DNA of 64,000 nucleotides from an uncultured Acidobacteriota bacterium (GCA_963770895.1 CAVYRF010000002.1:4800001-4864000); one strand, 5' to 3'; positions 1-15,013 are shown, counted from the first letter of the stretch. Numbers and translations are program-made. Notes: generated by a model from the sequence alone, not told the origin.

Positions 1-590
1 TTGTCGTTGTCGCGCGTGCGCAGGTGGGTGGTGCGCCAGGTGATCGCCACGACGCGCCCCTCCTGGTCGCCGACGCGAATCCAGTCGTTGATGCGAAAGG
101 GGCGCTCCAGGCTGATCACCAGGCCGGCGAAGAAGTTGGCCAGGATGGGTTGCAGCGCCAGGCCCAGGACCAGCGAGGTCACCGCGCTGGTGGCGAGGAG
201 CGGTCCGACGTCGAAGGCCGGAAAACTCAGCCGCAGGGTCACCAGGGCGGCCAGCAGGTAGACCAGCGCCATGGCCACCGCCGGCAGCAGCGGCGGCAGC
301 CGCATGCCCCGCCTGCCGCGCAGGAGGACATCGAACAGAAACAGCGCCAGCAGGCGCAGGATGACGGCGATGCCCAGGAACAGCACCACCCACGAGCGCG
401 CCGCCGGCAGCCAGGGCCAGGCGGGCCGCAGCCAGCGGGAGCACAGCTCCACCGCCGCGGCCAGCGCCGCCACGGTCAGCGGGAACGCCAGCTGCCGCGC
501 CCAGAAGGTGCGGCGCGCTGCATAGGCGATGGCGGCAAGCAGCAGGGCCAGGCAGGCGACGCCGCCGACGAGCGCCAGGGCGCCGGTCAT
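1..590 (-). CDS. MscS-family mechanosensitive ion channel (3' end runs off window)
   Basis: Read manually from ATG at 590 (not in ORF track): MTGALALVGG..., several TM segments, then GLALQPILANFFAGLVISLERPFRINDWIRVGDQEGRVVAITWRTT, the MscS signature region. Confidence 0.9.
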   Translation of the reverse strand, partial: MTGALALVGGVACLALLLAAIAYAARRTFWARQLAFPLTVAALAAAVELCSRWLRPAWPWLPAARSWVVLFLGIAVILRLLALFLFDVLLRGRRGMRLPPLLPAVAMALVYLLAALVTLRLSFPAFDVGPLLATSAVTSLVLGLALQPILANFFAGLVISLERPFRINDWIRVGDQEGRVVAITWRTTHLRTRDND

Positions 591-772
591 CGCGTTGCCT
601 CCCCCAGCTCTGTAAGTGCCTGTCGTGTCATGCGCGCTGGTCCCTCGCCCGGGCGGGCGCGGGCGCATTGTAGCCCGCAATACCCGCGGCTCAACGCGGG
701 GCGCGCTATGATGCCGCGACGATTGCTGTCACGAATGAGATGTCTATCAAACCCAGGAAGAGGAGGCAGCAC

Positions 773-1396
773 ATGCCGATGCGCAAAGGGTTGGCCGGAA
801 TCTGTTGTACCGCGGTACTGATGGTGGGCGCGCTGGGCCTGCGGGCGGCGGGCGCGCAGATGGGCCAGTCGGGCAGCACGCAGGGGATGGCGGCCAAGCC
901 GATGGCGGCGGCCGCGGCGGCCCCGACCGTGCGCGGGCTGATGCAGCACCAGATCGCCGACGCCCAGAAGAAGCTCATTCAGCTGGCCGAGGCGACGCCG
1001 GCCGACAAGTACGGCTGGCGGCCGGCGCCGGGGGTGCGTTCGACCGGCGAAGTGTTCATGCACGTCGCCAGCGCCAACTACGGGCTGCCCCCGTTCTGGG
1101 GCGCCACGGCGCCGGCGGGCGCGCCGCACGACCTCGAAAAGATGGGTGGCGACAAGGCGCAGGTGGTGGCGGCGCTCAAGGACTCCTTCACCTATGCCAG
1201 AGCCGCGATCGACGCCGAGTCGGACAGCGACCTGGGGCGGCCGATCAAGGTCTTCGGCCACGATGCCACGGTGGGGGATGCGATGATGATCATCGTCTCG
1301 CATGCCCACGAGCACCTGGGCCAGTCGATCGCCTACGCGCGCGTCAACGGCATCGTGCCGCCGTGGTCGGCGCCCGACGCCAAGGGCGGGCACTGA
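773..1396 (+). CDS. DinB/YfiT-family protein with signal peptide (copy 1)
   Basis: AGGAGG RBS before ATG 773; WRPAPGVRSTGEVFMHV and HAHEHLGQSIAYAR..GIVPPWS motifs. Confidence 0.85.
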   Translation: MPMRKGLAGICCTAVLMVGALGLRAAGAQMGQSGSTQGMAAKPMAAAAAAPTVRGLMQHQIADAQKKLIQLAEATPADKYGWRPAPGVRSTGEVFMHVASANYGLPPFWGATAPAGAPHDLEKMGGDKAQVVAALKDSFTYARAAIDAESDSDLGRPIKVFGHDATVGDAMMIIVSHAHEHLGQSIAYARVNGIVPPWSAPDAKGGH

Positions 1397-1397
1397 T

Positions 1398-2006
1398 ATG
1401 AGCCGCACCAGCAAAATGATCTGTCGCGGGGCCGTCGCCGCCCTGGCGCTCGGGGTGACCGCGGCCTGGTCTGCCGCGGCCGCCGCCCCCGCCGCAATGC
1501 CGGCGGCCAAGGCGATGTCCGGTGAGCGCGCCTCCTTGCAGCACGGCCTGGACGGCGCGGAAAAGCAGCTGATCTCGCTGGCGAGCGCGATTCCGGCGGA
1601 CAAGTTCACCTGGCGCCCCGGCGCGGGCGTGCGTTCCATCGGCGAGGTGTGCCTGCACGTGGCGGGCGGCAACTACGAGATCGGCGCCCTGTGGGGCATG
1701 AAGCCGCCGCCCAACCTGGACCTCAACAAGATCGAGCAGCAGGGGGCGGACAAGGGCAACGCCGTGGCTGCGATGCGGGTCTCGTTCGCCAAGGTGCGCG
1801 AATCGATCGCCGCCATGTCGGATGCCGACATGGACCGTTCCATCGACTTCTTCGGCCGTCCGGGCACCGTGCGGCAGGCCGTGCTGGCGGCGGTGACCCA
1901 CGCCCACGAGCATCTCGGCCAGCTCATCGCCTACGCGCGCATGAACAACATCGTGCCGCCGTGGACCGCACAGCAGCAGCAGGCGCCTCCGCCGGCGCAT
2001 CACTGA
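1398..2006 (+). CDS. DinB/YfiT-family protein with signal peptide (copy 2)
   Basis: WRPGAGVRSIGEVCLHV and HAHEHLGQLIAYARMNNIVPPW; starts 1 nt after copy 1. Confidence 0.85.
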   Translation: MSRTSKMICRGAVAALALGVTAAWSAAAAAPAAMPAAKAMSGERASLQHGLDGAEKQLISLASAIPADKFTWRPGAGVRSIGEVCLHVAGGNYEIGALWGMKPPPNLDLNKIEQQGADKGNAVAAMRVSFAKVRESIAAMSDADMDRSIDFFGRPGTVRQAVLAAVTHAHEHLGQLIAYARMNNIVPPWTAQQQQAPPPAHH

Positions 2007-2073
2007 GGTGGGGCGACCGCGCGCGCCGGCCCGCAGCACGGCCGGCGCGGCGGCTCGCTGTCGTTCGTACTAC

Positions 2074-2361
2074 CTAGCCGAGCCGTTCGCGGTAGAGCTT
2101 GTCCATGGCCAGGCGCAGGGCTTCCAGGCGGCCGCCCTGGCCCAGCTTGGCGGCGTCGTCGGCCTTGACGACCAGCGGCCAGTCGAAATCGACGTTGTCG
2201 ATGACGCGGATGCGCCAGACCCGTTTGCCGCCGTCCCAGCGGCCGGTCAGCGCCGGCGCCATCTCGTCCAGTGCGTCGTCGGCGCCCTGCAGGTGCCAGC
2301 CGCTCGGCAGGAAGCTGCGCACCTCGTCTTCGGTATATCCCAGCGGTTCGTTGGCTGTCAT
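2074..2361 (-). CDS. small hypothetical protein
   Basis: MTANEPLGYTEDEVRSFLPSGW...; globular composition, fills the gap between genes. Confidence 0.7.
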   Translation of the reverse strand: MTANEPLGYTEDEVRSFLPSGWHLQGADDALDEMAPALTGRWDGGKRVWRIRVIDNVDFDWPLVVKADDAAKLGQGGRLEALRLAMDKLYRERLG

Positions 2362-2465
2362 GGCGTCGGCAATTCTGCCGCAAACCGGGCCGGTAAGCGA
2401 GCGGCGCGGCAAAGTCGCGCCGCCGCTGGCTTGGCGAAGGCCGCCGCTGCCGGCGGAAACCTTCC

Positions 2466-2494
2466 TTGACCCCCCACAGGGGGGTTGTTACGAT
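2466..2494 (+). promoter_or_regulatory. sigma70-type promoter for acyl-CoA dehydrogenase operon with palindrome in spacer
   Basis: TTGACC-17 nt-TACGAT with TGn extended -10; ACCCCCC-ACA-GGGGGGT inverted repeat at 2469-2485. Confidence 0.55.
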
Positions 2495-2550
2495 CCGGCG
2501 AGCGGCGCCCACCCCCACTACCCGCGCTCGGACAAGGTGAGAGGATCATC

Positions 2551-3696
2551 ATGGAGACCCAGCTCAACGAGGAGCAGACGCTGCTGCGCGCAACGGTGCG
2601 GCGCTTTGCCGATGAAGTGGTCCGCCCGCGGGCCAAGGAGATCGATCGCACCGGTGAGTTCCCGCGCGCCTTCTTCACCCAGGCCGGCGAGCTTGGGCTG
2701 GCCGGGGTCGCGGTGCCGGAGGAGCACGGCGGCGGCGGCATGGACACGGTGTCGTACTGCCTGGTGATCGAAGAGATCAGCCGCGCCTGCGCCAACTCCG
2801 GCGTCATCCTGTCGGTCAACAACTCCCTGGTCTGCGAGCCGCTGCTCAAGTTCGGCAGCGACGAGCAGAAGCGCCAGTACCTGACGCCGCTCGCCGCCGG
2901 CAGGCTCCTGGGCTGCTTCGCGCTCACCGAGCCCGACGCCGGCAGCGACCCGGCGGCCCTGCGGACGTCGGCGCGGCGCGACGGCGACGACTACGTGCTC
3001 AACGGCAACAAGGTGTTCATCACCAACGGCACGCACGCCGACGTCGCCCTGGTGTTCGCCACCGTCGACCCCGGCAGGAAGCACCACGGCATCACCGCCT
3101 TCATCGTGCCGACCACGACGCCGGGCTTCCGCCATGGCGAGCACGAGGTCAAGCTGGGCGTCAACGCCTCGGGCACGACCGAGCTGTCGCTCACGGACGT
3201 GCGCGTGCCGGTCGCCCAGCGCCTGGGCGAAGAAGGCGAAGGGTTCAAGATCGCCATGGCGACGCTCGACGGCGGCCGCGTCGGCATCGCCGCGCAGGCG
3301 GTGGGGATCGCCCAGGCGGCGCTCGACGACGCGCTCACCTACGCCCAGCAGCGCAAGCAGTTCGGCCAGGCGCTGTCGGAGTTCCAGGCGATCCAGTTCT
3401 ACCTGGCCGACATGTCGACCGAAATCGACGCCGCCCGCCTGCTGACCTGGAAGGCGGCCTGGGCCAAGGATCTCAAGAAGCGGTACACGCTGGAGGCGGC
3501 GCAGGCCAAGCTGTTCGCCTCCGAGATGGCCCAGCGCGTCACCAACAAGGCGCTGCAGATCCACGGCGGCTACGGCTATTCGCGCGAATACAACGTCGAG
3601 CGCTACTTCCGCGACGCGCGCATCACCGAGATCTACGAGGGCACGAGCGAGATCCAGAAGATGGTGATCGCCGATTGGGTGCTCAACAAGGGATGA
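2551..3696 (+). CDS. acyl-CoA dehydrogenase
   Basis: FALTEPDAGSD, LNGNKVFITNG, ALQIHGGYGY, ITEIYEGTSEIQ motifs. Confidence 0.95.
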   Translation: METQLNEEQTLLRATVRRFADEVVRPRAKEIDRTGEFPRAFFTQAGELGLAGVAVPEEHGGGGMDTVSYCLVIEEISRACANSGVILSVNNSLVCEPLLKFGSDEQKRQYLTPLAAGRLLGCFALTEPDAGSDPAALRTSARRDGDDYVLNGNKVFITNGTHADVALVFATVDPGRKHHGITAFIVPTTTPGFRHGEHEVKLGVNASGTTELSLTDVRVPVAQRLGEEGEGFKIAMATLDGGRVGIAAQAVGIAQAALDDALTYAQQRKQFGQALSEFQAIQFYLADMSTEIDAARLLTWKAAWAKDLKKRYTLEAAQAKLFASEMAQRVTNKALQIHGGYGYSREYNVERYFRDARITEIYEGTSEIQKMVIADWVLNKG

Positions 3697-4901
3697 CCGT
3701 GACGCTTTCGGCCGGCCCCGCCGCCGCCGCCGCCCAACCCGGCGCTGCCGGCGGCGGACCCGACTTCGCGTTGAGCGAGGAGCAGGAGATGGTGCGCGAC
3801 CAGGTGCGCCGCTTCGCGGAGGAGCGCGTCCGCCCCGGCGCGCAGCAGCGGGACCGCGACCACCAATTCCCGAGCGAGATCGTGCGCGAGATGGGGGAGC
3901 TGGGCCTGCTCGGCATGATGGTCGACGAACAGTACGGCGGCGGCGGCGTGGACGTCCTCACCTACGCCCTGGCGGTCGAGGAGCTGGCCCGCGCCTGCCC
4001 GGCGACGGCGGTGACGATGAGCGTCAGCAACTCGGTCTGCTGCTGGCCGATCGCGCAGTTCGGCGGCGAGGCGCTCAAGCGGCGGGCGCTGACCGAGCTG
4101 GCCGGCGGCGCCCTGGGCGGCTTCGGTCTCACCGAGCCGGGCTCGGGCAGCGACGCCGCCAGCCTGCGCACCGCGGCGCGGCGCGACGGCGACGACTGGG
4201 TGCTGTCGGGCGAAAAGGCCTGGATCAGCAACGCGGGGTTCGCGCGCTGGTACGTGGTGGTCGCCCGCACCGACCCGGCGGCGGGCAAGCGGGGGCTGTC
4301 CGCCTTTGCGCTCCCCGCCGACACGCCCGGCTTCAGCGTCGGCCAGACCGAAGAGAAGCTGGGGCTGCGCGCCTCGCGCACGGCGGCCATCCACTTCGAC
4401 AACTGCCGCGTGCCGGGCGAATACCTGCTGGGCGTCCCCGGCCAGGGGCTGAAGATCGCCCTGGCGACCCTGGATCATTCGCGGGTGGGCATCGGCGCGC
4501 AGGCGGTCGGTATCCACCAGCGGGCGCTCGATCTGGCGATCGACTACGCGCGCCAGCGGGTGCAGTTCGGCGTGCCGATCGCGCAGCACCAGGCGATCCG
4601 CTTCCTCATCGCGCAGATGGCGACCGAGCTGGCGGCGGCCCGCATGCTCACCTACAGCGCCGCGCTCGCCGCCTCGGCCCATGCCCCCGACGCCGGGCGG
4701 CTGGCCGCCCAGGCCAAGGTTTTCGCCTCGGAAGCCGCCAACCGCGCCTGCCAGGACAGCCTGCAGATCCACGGCGGCAACGGCTTCCACGACGACTACG
4801 AGATCTCCCGGCTGTACCGCGACGTGCGGGTGACCACCATCTACGAGGGCACCAGCGAGATGCAGCGCCTGGTGATCGCCCGCCACCTCCTACAGGGATA
4901 G
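3693..4901 (+). CDS. acyl-CoA dehydrogenase
   Basis: [30 protein letters not shown]; ATGA overlap with upstream gene. Confidence 0.95.
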   Translation: MTVTLSAGPAAAAAQPGAAGGGPDFALSEEQEMVRDQVRRFAEERVRPGAQQRDRDHQFPSEIVREMGELGLLGMMVDEQYGGGGVDVLTYALAVEELARACPATAVTMSVSNSVCCWPIAQFGGEALKRRALTELAGGALGGFGLTEPGSGSDAASLRTAARRDGDDWVLSGEKAWISNAGFARWYVVVARTDPAAGKRGLSAFALPADTPGFSVGQTEEKLGLRASRTAAIHFDNCRVPGEYLLGVPGQGLKIALATLDHSRVGIGAQAVGIHQRALDLAIDYARQRVQFGVPIAQHQAIRFLIAQMATELAAARMLTYSAALAASAHAPDAGRLAAQAKVFASEAANRACQDSLQIHGGNGFHDDYEISRLYRDVRVTTIYEGTSEMQRLVIARHLLQG

Positions 4902-4944
4902 CCGTGGGCGCCGCGGCACCCCAGGCACGCCCGGGACCGCTAGC

Positions 4945-6540
4945 ATGATCGGCTGGGGCATGCTGGCCGTGGTGGCGGGCGGCGCGGCGGCGGCGGGAGC
5001 GGCGATCGCCTGGCTGCTGGCTGCCGGGCGCGGCGCGGCGGCGCGCGCCGTGCTGGAGGAGCGCCAGCGCGCGCAGGCGGCCGACGCGGCGCGCGTGGCG
5101 ACGGCGGCGTCGCTGGCCGCGGCGGAGCTGGGCCGCCTGCGCGAGGAGCTGCGGGCGGAAAGCCAGCGGCGCGGCGCCGCCGAAGAGCGCGTGTCGCGCA
5201 TCCCGGACCTCGAGGCGCGCCTGGCGGCGCGCGAGGGCGACCTGGAAGCGTTGCGGCGCGATCGCGCGGCGCTGGGCGAACGCGCGGCGGCGCTGGCCAC
5301 GACGCTCACCAAGGAGCGCGAGGAGAACGACGGCAAGCTGCGCCTGGTGGCCGATGCGCAGTCGCAGCTGGGCAACGCCTTTCGCGCCCTGTCGGCGGAG
5401 GCGCTGCGGCAGAACAACGAATCGTTCCTGGACCTGGCCCGGACCAAGCTGTCGGCATTCCAGGACGGCGCGCGCGGCGACCTGGAGGTGCGCCAGCAGG
5501 CGATCGGCGACCTGGTGCGGCCGCTGTCCGAATCGCTGTCCAAGGTCGACCAGAAGCTGCAGGAGCTGGAAAAGGAGCGCGCCGTCGCCTGGTCGGGCCT
5601 GGACGAGCACCTGCGCAGCCTGACCGCCACCCAGACCAACCTGGAGCGCGAAACCGCCCGCCTGGTCAACGCGCTGCGCACCCCCGCGACGCGCGGCCGC
5701 TGGGGGGAGATCCAGCTGCGGCGGGTGGTCGAGATGGCCGGGATGGTCGAATACTGCGACTTCGCCCTGCAGCTGGACATCGCTTCCGAAGCCGGCCGCC
5801 TGCGCCCCGACATGGTGGTGCGCCTGCCGAGCGGGCGGCAGGTGGTGGTCGACGCCAAGGCGCCGCTGGAAGCCTACCTGGACGCCCTGGACATCGTCGA
5901 CGAGCCGGCGCGCCGCTCGCGCCTGGCCGACCACGCCGGGCAGATCCGCAGCCACCTGATGAAGCTGGGCGAAAAAAGCTACTGGAGCCAGCTGGAGGCC
6001 ACTCCCGAGTTCGTGGTGCTGTTCCTGCCCGGCGAGGTCTTCTTCAGCGCCGCCCTGGAGCAGGACCCGCGCCTGATCGAGTTCGGCGTCGAGCACGACG
6101 TGATCGTCGCCACGCCCACCACCTTGATCGCGCTGCTGCGCGCCGTCCACTACGGCTGGCGCCAGGAGCGCGTGGCCGAGAACGCCCGCGCCATCAGCGA
6201 CCTGGGCCGCCAGCTTCACGACCGCCTGCGCACTTTTTCCCAGCACCTGGAGGGTCTGCGCCGCGGCCTCGACAACAGCGTCAAGGCCTACAACGAAGTC
6301 GTCGGCTCGCTGGAGGGCCGCATCCTGCCGCAAGCCCGCCGCTTCCAGGAGCTGGGAGCCGCCACCGGCGACGGCATCCCCACCCTGCACCCCGTCCTGC
6401 GCGGCACCCGTGCCGTCGACGTCCTGGCGCCCGAGGAGGCCGGCGACGGTGCTGCCGCGGCGGCCGACGCCGGGGTCGCCGCGCCCACCAATGGCGGCGG
6501 CGCGGACGTGGCGCCGGGCGCCGCGCCGCGCGACCGGTGA
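4945..6540 (+). CDS. rmuC: DNA recombination protein RmuC
   Basis: N-terminal TM, coiled coil, [43 protein letters not shown]. Confidence 0.93.
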   Translation: MIGWGMLAVVAGGAAAAGAAIAWLLAAGRGAAARAVLEERQRAQAADAARVATAASLAAAELGRLREELRAESQRRGAAEERVSRIPDLEARLAAREGDLEALRRDRAALGERAAALATTLTKEREENDGKLRLVADAQSQLGNAFRALSAEALRQNNESFLDLARTKLSAFQDGARGDLEVRQQAIGDLVRPLSESLSKVDQKLQELEKERAVAWSGLDEHLRSLTATQTNLERETARLVNALRTPATRGRWGEIQLRRVVEMAGMVEYCDFALQLDIASEAGRLRPDMVVRLPSGRQVVVDAKAPLEAYLDALDIVDEPARRSRLADHAGQIRSHLMKLGEKSYWSQLEATPEFVVLFLPGEVFFSAALEQDPRLIEFGVEHDVIVATPTTLIALLRAVHYGWRQERVAENARAISDLGRQLHDRLRTFSQHLEGLRRGLDNSVKAYNEVVGSLEGRILPQARRFQELGAATGDGIPTLHPVLRGTRAVDVLAPEEAGDGAAAAADAGVAAPTNGGGADVAPGAAPRDR

Positions 6541-7421
6541 CGGGGGCGAGGCGCGCCCTGGATCGCGCCGGGATCGCGGCGTTTTTTGCCGCCGACGGCG
6601 GCGGCGCTGCCGGCGACCGCAGGTCGCTGCTGGTGTGCGGCGACAGCGCGCGGGTGTTGACAACCTTTCCGCCGGATACGTTTCAGACGTGCGTCACGTC
6701 GCCGCCCTACTGGTCGCTGCGGGACTATCAGATCGCCGGCCAGATCGGCCTGGAGCGCTCGGTCGGCGCCTACCTGGACCGCCTTGGAAAGGTTTTTTCC
6801 GAGGTGCGGCGGACGTTGCGCGACGATGGGACGCTGTGGGTGAACCTGGGCGATTCCTACACGTCGGGCGGCCGCACCTGGCGGGCGGCCGACAGGAAGA
6901 ACCCGGTGCGGGCGATGCGGACGCGTCCGCCCACGCCTGACGGCTTGAAGCCCAAGGACCTGATCGGCCTGCCCTGGCAGCTCGCCTTTGCGCTCCAGCG
7001 GCAGGGCTGGTACCTGCGCGCGGACATCATCTGGCACAAGCCCAACTGCCAGCCGGAGAGCGTCAAGGACCGGCCGACCCGCTGCCACGAATACCTCTTT
7101 CTGTTCAGCAAGAGCGAGCGCTACCGCTACGACCCGCAGGCGCGCCGCGGGCCGCACGGGCGCAACTTGCGCACGGTCTGGGAGATCCCCACCGAGGCGT
7201 ACCCGGCGGCGCATTTTGCCACCTTCCCGCCGGCGCTCGCGGCGCCCTGCGTGGCCTTGAGCACGGCGCCGGGCGACCTGGTGCTGGACCCGTTCCTGGG
7301 CTCCGGCACCACCGGCCAGGTGGCGCTCCAGACAGGGCGCCGCTTCGTGGGGGTCGAGCTGAATCCCGACTATCTGCAGCTGGCCCAGGAGCGGATGAGC
7401 CAGGCGAACCCGCGCGGCTAG
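6537..7421 (+). CDS. site-specific DNA methyltransferase, beta class (N4-C/N6-A), orphan
   Basis: TSPPYW (motif IV) N-terminal, [18 protein letters not shown] (motif I) C-terminal. Confidence 0.92.
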   Translation: MTGARRALDRAGIAAFFAADGGGAAGDRRSLLVCGDSARVLTTFPPDTFQTCVTSPPYWSLRDYQIAGQIGLERSVGAYLDRLGKVFSEVRRTLRDDGTLWVNLGDSYTSGGRTWRAADRKNPVRAMRTRPPTPDGLKPKDLIGLPWQLAFALQRQGWYLRADIIWHKPNCQPESVKDRPTRCHEYLFLFSKSERYRYDPQARRGPHGRNLRTVWEIPTEAYPAAHFATFPPALAAPCVALSTAPGDLVLDPFLGSGTTGQVALQTGRRFVGVELNPDYLQLAQERMSQANPRG

Positions 7422-7461
7422 TGCCGGAACGCTTGCGCGGCGCGGGTCAGGCCGTCCGGGC

Positions 7462-9021
<1,560 letters not shown>

Positions 9022-9048
9022 CCGGGACCACCTTTCCTTGTCCGCCGC

Positions 9049-11766
<2,718 letters not shown>

Positions 11767-11930
11767 CAGGCTCTCATGAACGGGGAAAAGCGTGGGTGTA
11801 CGTCCCGCAGTGCGCCGCGGTCAGCGGTTCCAACGCCGAGTCTAGCAGAAAGATTCCGCCCTCCCCGCGGCTGGCCTGCAGCTCCGCGGCAAGGCGCGAG
11901 CGGCGGCCGCGCGCGCCTCATCCGGCCGGT

Positions 11931-12197
11931 TCAGCGGTCGTAGTGGCCGCCGATCGCCATGACGTAGATGGCCTCGCCGTCGAAGCGGTAGATCAGCCGA
12001 TCTTTGAGCGAGAGCCGGCGCGACCACAGGCCGGCGAGCGCGTGCTTGAGCGGCTCGGGCTTGCCGGTGCCCTGAGCCGGATCGCCGCGCTGCAGCTCCT
12101 TGAGTTGCCGGCACAGTCCGCGATGGAGCGCCGGATCGCGTCGGCGGAGGTCTTCGTAGCGCTCCCAGGTGTCGCCTTCAAACACGATCGAGCGCAT
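11931..12197 (-). CDS. yoeB: Txe/YoeB family toxin
   Basis: GTGKPEPLKH..AGLWSRR..RLIY...GHY. Confidence 0.9.
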   Translation of the reverse strand: MRSIVFEGDTWERYEDLRRRDPALHRGLCRQLKELQRGDPAQGTGKPEPLKHALAGLWSRRLSLKDRLIYRFDGEAIYVMAIGGHYDR

Positions 12198-12450
12198 CCA
12201 GTTCCTTGCCGGACGGCCGGTACCCCGCGGCCGCCTGGTGCGTCTGCAAGGAGCGTTCGATCTGCTTCATCAAGGACGGGTTCTGCAAGACGTACAGCGT
12301 CTCTTGCTCACGCTCCCAGTCCTCGGCGCTGACGACGACGAAGTCCTGGCCGCCGCGCCGCCGGACGCGCAGGGGGGTGTGATCGCCCACGACCTTTTCG
12401 ACTGCGTCCCGCAGACGGCTGCGGAATTCAGCGACCGAGATCTCACGCAT
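12178..12450 (-). CDS. yefM: Phd/YefM family antitoxin
   Basis: FRSRL..AVEKVVGDHTPLRVRRR...VVVSAEDWEREQETLYVL; overlaps the toxin start. Confidence 0.9.
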   Translation of the reverse strand: MREISVAEFRSRLRDAVEKVVGDHTPLRVRRRGGQDFVVVSAEDWEREQETLYVLQNPSLMKQIERSLQTHQAAAGYRPSGKELDALDRV

Positions 12451-12504
12451 GCTGCGAATTGTACCAGCTTCCGGTACGCCGTGCGGCGCCCGCGCTGGGA
12501 AGGG

Positions 12505-13392
12505 CTAGGAGGGGCCGGCGGAGTCGTTGAGGATGTAGGCGACGGGGTTGACGGGGACGCCGTCGACGCGGACTTCGTAGTGGAGGTGGGCGCCGGTGGA
12601 GTGGCCGGTGGAGCCGATGCGGCCGATGAGATCGCCGCGGTGGACGCGCTGGCCGGGGCGGACGTCGATTTCAGAGAGGTGGCCGTAGCGGGTGCTGAGG
12701 CCGTAGCCGTGCGCCAGGTAGATGGCCTCGCCGTAGCCGTTGGCGGTGCCGGCCAACATGACCAGGCCGTCGGCGGCGGCGTAGACGGGCTGGCCGGCGG
12801 CGGCGGCGATGTCGACGCCCTGGTGGACGCCGGGCTCATGCGACATGGGGTCGTTGCGGGCGCCGAAGCCGCTGGTGAAGATGCCGCGGGCGGGGGCGAT
12901 CGTGGGCGTCGAGGAGATCCAGCGGACGCGCTCTTCGAGCTTGGCTTCGATGGCGTCGAGCAGGCCGCCGACCTGGGCGGCACGGCTGTGCAGGTGCGGC
13001 AGATCGCCGGCGGCGGTGCTGGCGTCGGCGTCGGTGGGGGGAGTGCCGCCGATGCCGACTTCAGCGCCGCTGCCCAGGCTTTCGAGGCCGGCCATGATCG
13101 CGAGCTGGCGGGTGCGGTCCTCGGACGAGGCGAGCTTGGTCTGCAGGCTCTTGAGGCTGGATTCGAAGCCCTGATTGACCTGGCGCAGGCGCGAGTTCTC
13201 GCTGCGCAGGCGGGTCATCTCGGCGGGGCTGACGGACGTATTGAAGTGAGACCAGGCGAGCCAGCCGGCAACCAGGGTGAGGGCGATGAAGCCGCCGGAG
13301 GCCAGGGCGATCTGGACGTTGCTGACCTGCCACTTGCGCAGCTTGGCCTGGGCGTGTGGAACGAAGATGACGGTATGGCGCTGTCGTGGCAT
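12505..13392 (-). CDS. M23 family metallopeptidase (TM + coiled coil)
   Basis: HQGVDIAA, YGHL, STGAHLHYEV. Confidence 0.92.
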   Translation of the reverse strand: MPRQRHTVIFVPHAQAKLRKWQVSNVQIALASGGFIALTLVAGWLAWSHFNTSVSPAEMTRLRSENSRLRQVNQGFESSLKSLQTKLASSEDRTRQLAIMAGLESLGSGAEVGIGGTPPTDADASTAAGDLPHLHSRAAQVGGLLDAIEAKLEERVRWISSTPTIAPARGIFTSGFGARNDPMSHEPGVHQGVDIAAAAGQPVYAAADGLVMLAGTANGYGEAIYLAHGYGLSTRYGHLSEIDVRPGQRVHRGDLIGRIGSTGHSTGAHLHYEVRVDGVPVNPVAYILNDSAGPS

Positions 13393-13469
13393 AAGGGCAG
13401 CTTCCGGAAGCGGCGCGGTTCCGGCCTTCAACGAAGCCAAGTTGCAACGATCCAGGTGTGGCGGGGTGT

Positions 13470-13498
13470 ATTCTGGGTAGAGCGAACCTGCCTGTCAA
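13470..13498 (-). promoter_or_regulatory. putative sigma70 promoter for M23 (-secA) unit
   Basis: minus strand TTGACA-17 nt-CAGAAT. Confidence 0.45.
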
Positions 13499-13636
13499 CC
13501 TTACAGGAAAATATGGTGCAGTGGCATTCGAAAGTGCTGCTTAGGCGCTATCGCAGCAGCTATTCGCGCGGTTGCTTGCGATGCGGTTCGCCCATACTAC
13601 TTCAGTCCGGCACCGCGTTGACGCCTGGCTGCCGCT

Positions 13637-15013
13637 TCAGGCGGCGGCCGCCGGCAGCTCCTTGACCATGGCGCCGACGAAGGCCTTGGCGTCGCCGAAC
13701 AGCATCATCGTCTTGTCCATGTAGTACAGCTCGTTGTCGATGCCGGCAAAGCCGGGGCTCATGCCGCGCTTGATGACCATCACCGTGCGCGCGCGGTCGA
13801 CTTCGATGATCGGCATGCCGTAGATCGGGCTGGTGCGGTCGTGGCGGGCGGCGGGGTTGGTGACGTCGTTGGCGCCGATGACCAGGGCCACGTCGGCCTG
13901 CGGCATGTCGGAGTTGCTGTCTTCCATTTCAAGCAGCTTGTCGTAAGGGACGTCGGCTTCGGCCAGCAGCACGTTCATGTGGCCGGGCATGCGGCCGGCC
14001 ACCGGGTGGATGGCGAAGCGGACGTCGACGCCGCGCCGGGTCAGGGCGTCGTACAGCTCGCGCACCTTGTGCTGCGCCTGCGCCACCGCCATGCCGTAGC
14101 CCGGCACCACGTAGACCAGGCGGGCGCCGTCCAGGATCGCCGCCGCCTCTTCGGGCGTGGCGCTGCGCGCGGTGCGCTGCTCGGTGGCGCCGGCTGCCAC
14201 CGTCTGCACCTGGCCGAAGGCGCCGAACAGGACGTTGGTGAAGGAGCGGTTCATGGCGCGGCACATGATGATGGAGAGGATGAAGCCGGAGGAACCGTCG
14301 AGCGCGCCGGCGATCATCAGCAGCTTGTTGTTGAGCACGAACCCCATGGCGACCGCCGACATGCCGGCGTAGGAGTTGAGCAGCGAGATCACCGTCGGCA
14401 TGTCGGCGCCGCCGATCGGCACGATGAGCAGCACGCCGAAGGTCAGCGCCAGGGCGATGAACACCGGGAACAGCCAGCTGGTTTCGGGCGACACCATCAG
14501 CACGATGCCGCAGGCGATGGCGACCGCGAGCAGCGCCAGGTTGACCAGGTTCTGATTGCGGTAGGTGATGGGGCGCGTCGGCAGGATCTCCTGGAGCTTG
14601 CCGAAGGCCATCAGGCTGCCGGTGAAGGTGAGCGCGCCCAGCAGCACTTCCAGGATCAGCGCCACCATGGCAAAGCCGTGCGGTGTTTCGCGGTAGTACT
14701 CGGCGGTGCCCACCAGGGCGGCGGCCAGGGCGCCGAAGGCGTGCGACAGCGCGGTCCGCTGCGGCACCGCCGTCATCGGCATCAGGTACGCGAGCGGCAC
14801 GCCGATGGCGGTGCCCAGGAAGAGCGCGGCGATGATCCACTGGTATTCGACGACTTCCTGGCGCAGCAGGGTGCCGACCACGGCGAGCAGCATGCCGACT
14901 TCGCCGGCGACGACGCCGCGGCGGGCGGTGGCAGGGGTGTTGAGCCACTTGAGCGCCAGGATGAACAGCGCTGCCGCGGCGATGTAGACCGGAGCCAGGA
15001 CCTGGGCGCTCAT
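13637..15013 (-). CDS. pntB: NAD(P)+ transhydrogenase beta subunit
   Basis: IGGADMPTVISLLNSYAG, VPGYGMAVAQAQH, IHPVAGRMPGHMNVLLAEA; start MSAQVLAP overlaps the upstream stop. Confidence 0.96.
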   Translation of the reverse strand: MSAQVLAPVYIAAAALFILALKWLNTPATARRGVVAGEVGMLLAVVGTLLRQEVVEYQWIIAALFLGTAIGVPLAYLMPMTAVPQRTALSHAFGALAAALVGTAEYYRETPHGFAMVALILEVLLGALTFTGSLMAFGKLQEILPTRPITYRNQNLVNLALLAVAIACGIVLMVSPETSWLFPVFIALALTFGVLLIVPIGGADMPTVISLLNSYAGMSAVAMGFVLNNKLLMIAGALDGSSGFILSIIMCRAMNRSFTNVLFGAFGQVQTVAAGATEQRTARSATPEEAAAILDGARLVYVVPGYGMAVAQAQHKVRELYDALTRRGVDVRFAIHPVAGRMPGHMNVLLAEADVPYDKLLEMEDSNSDMPQADVALVIGANDVTNPAARHDRTSPIYGMPIIEVDRARTVMVIKRGMSPGFAGIDNELYYMDKTMMLFGDAKAFVGAMVKELPAAAA

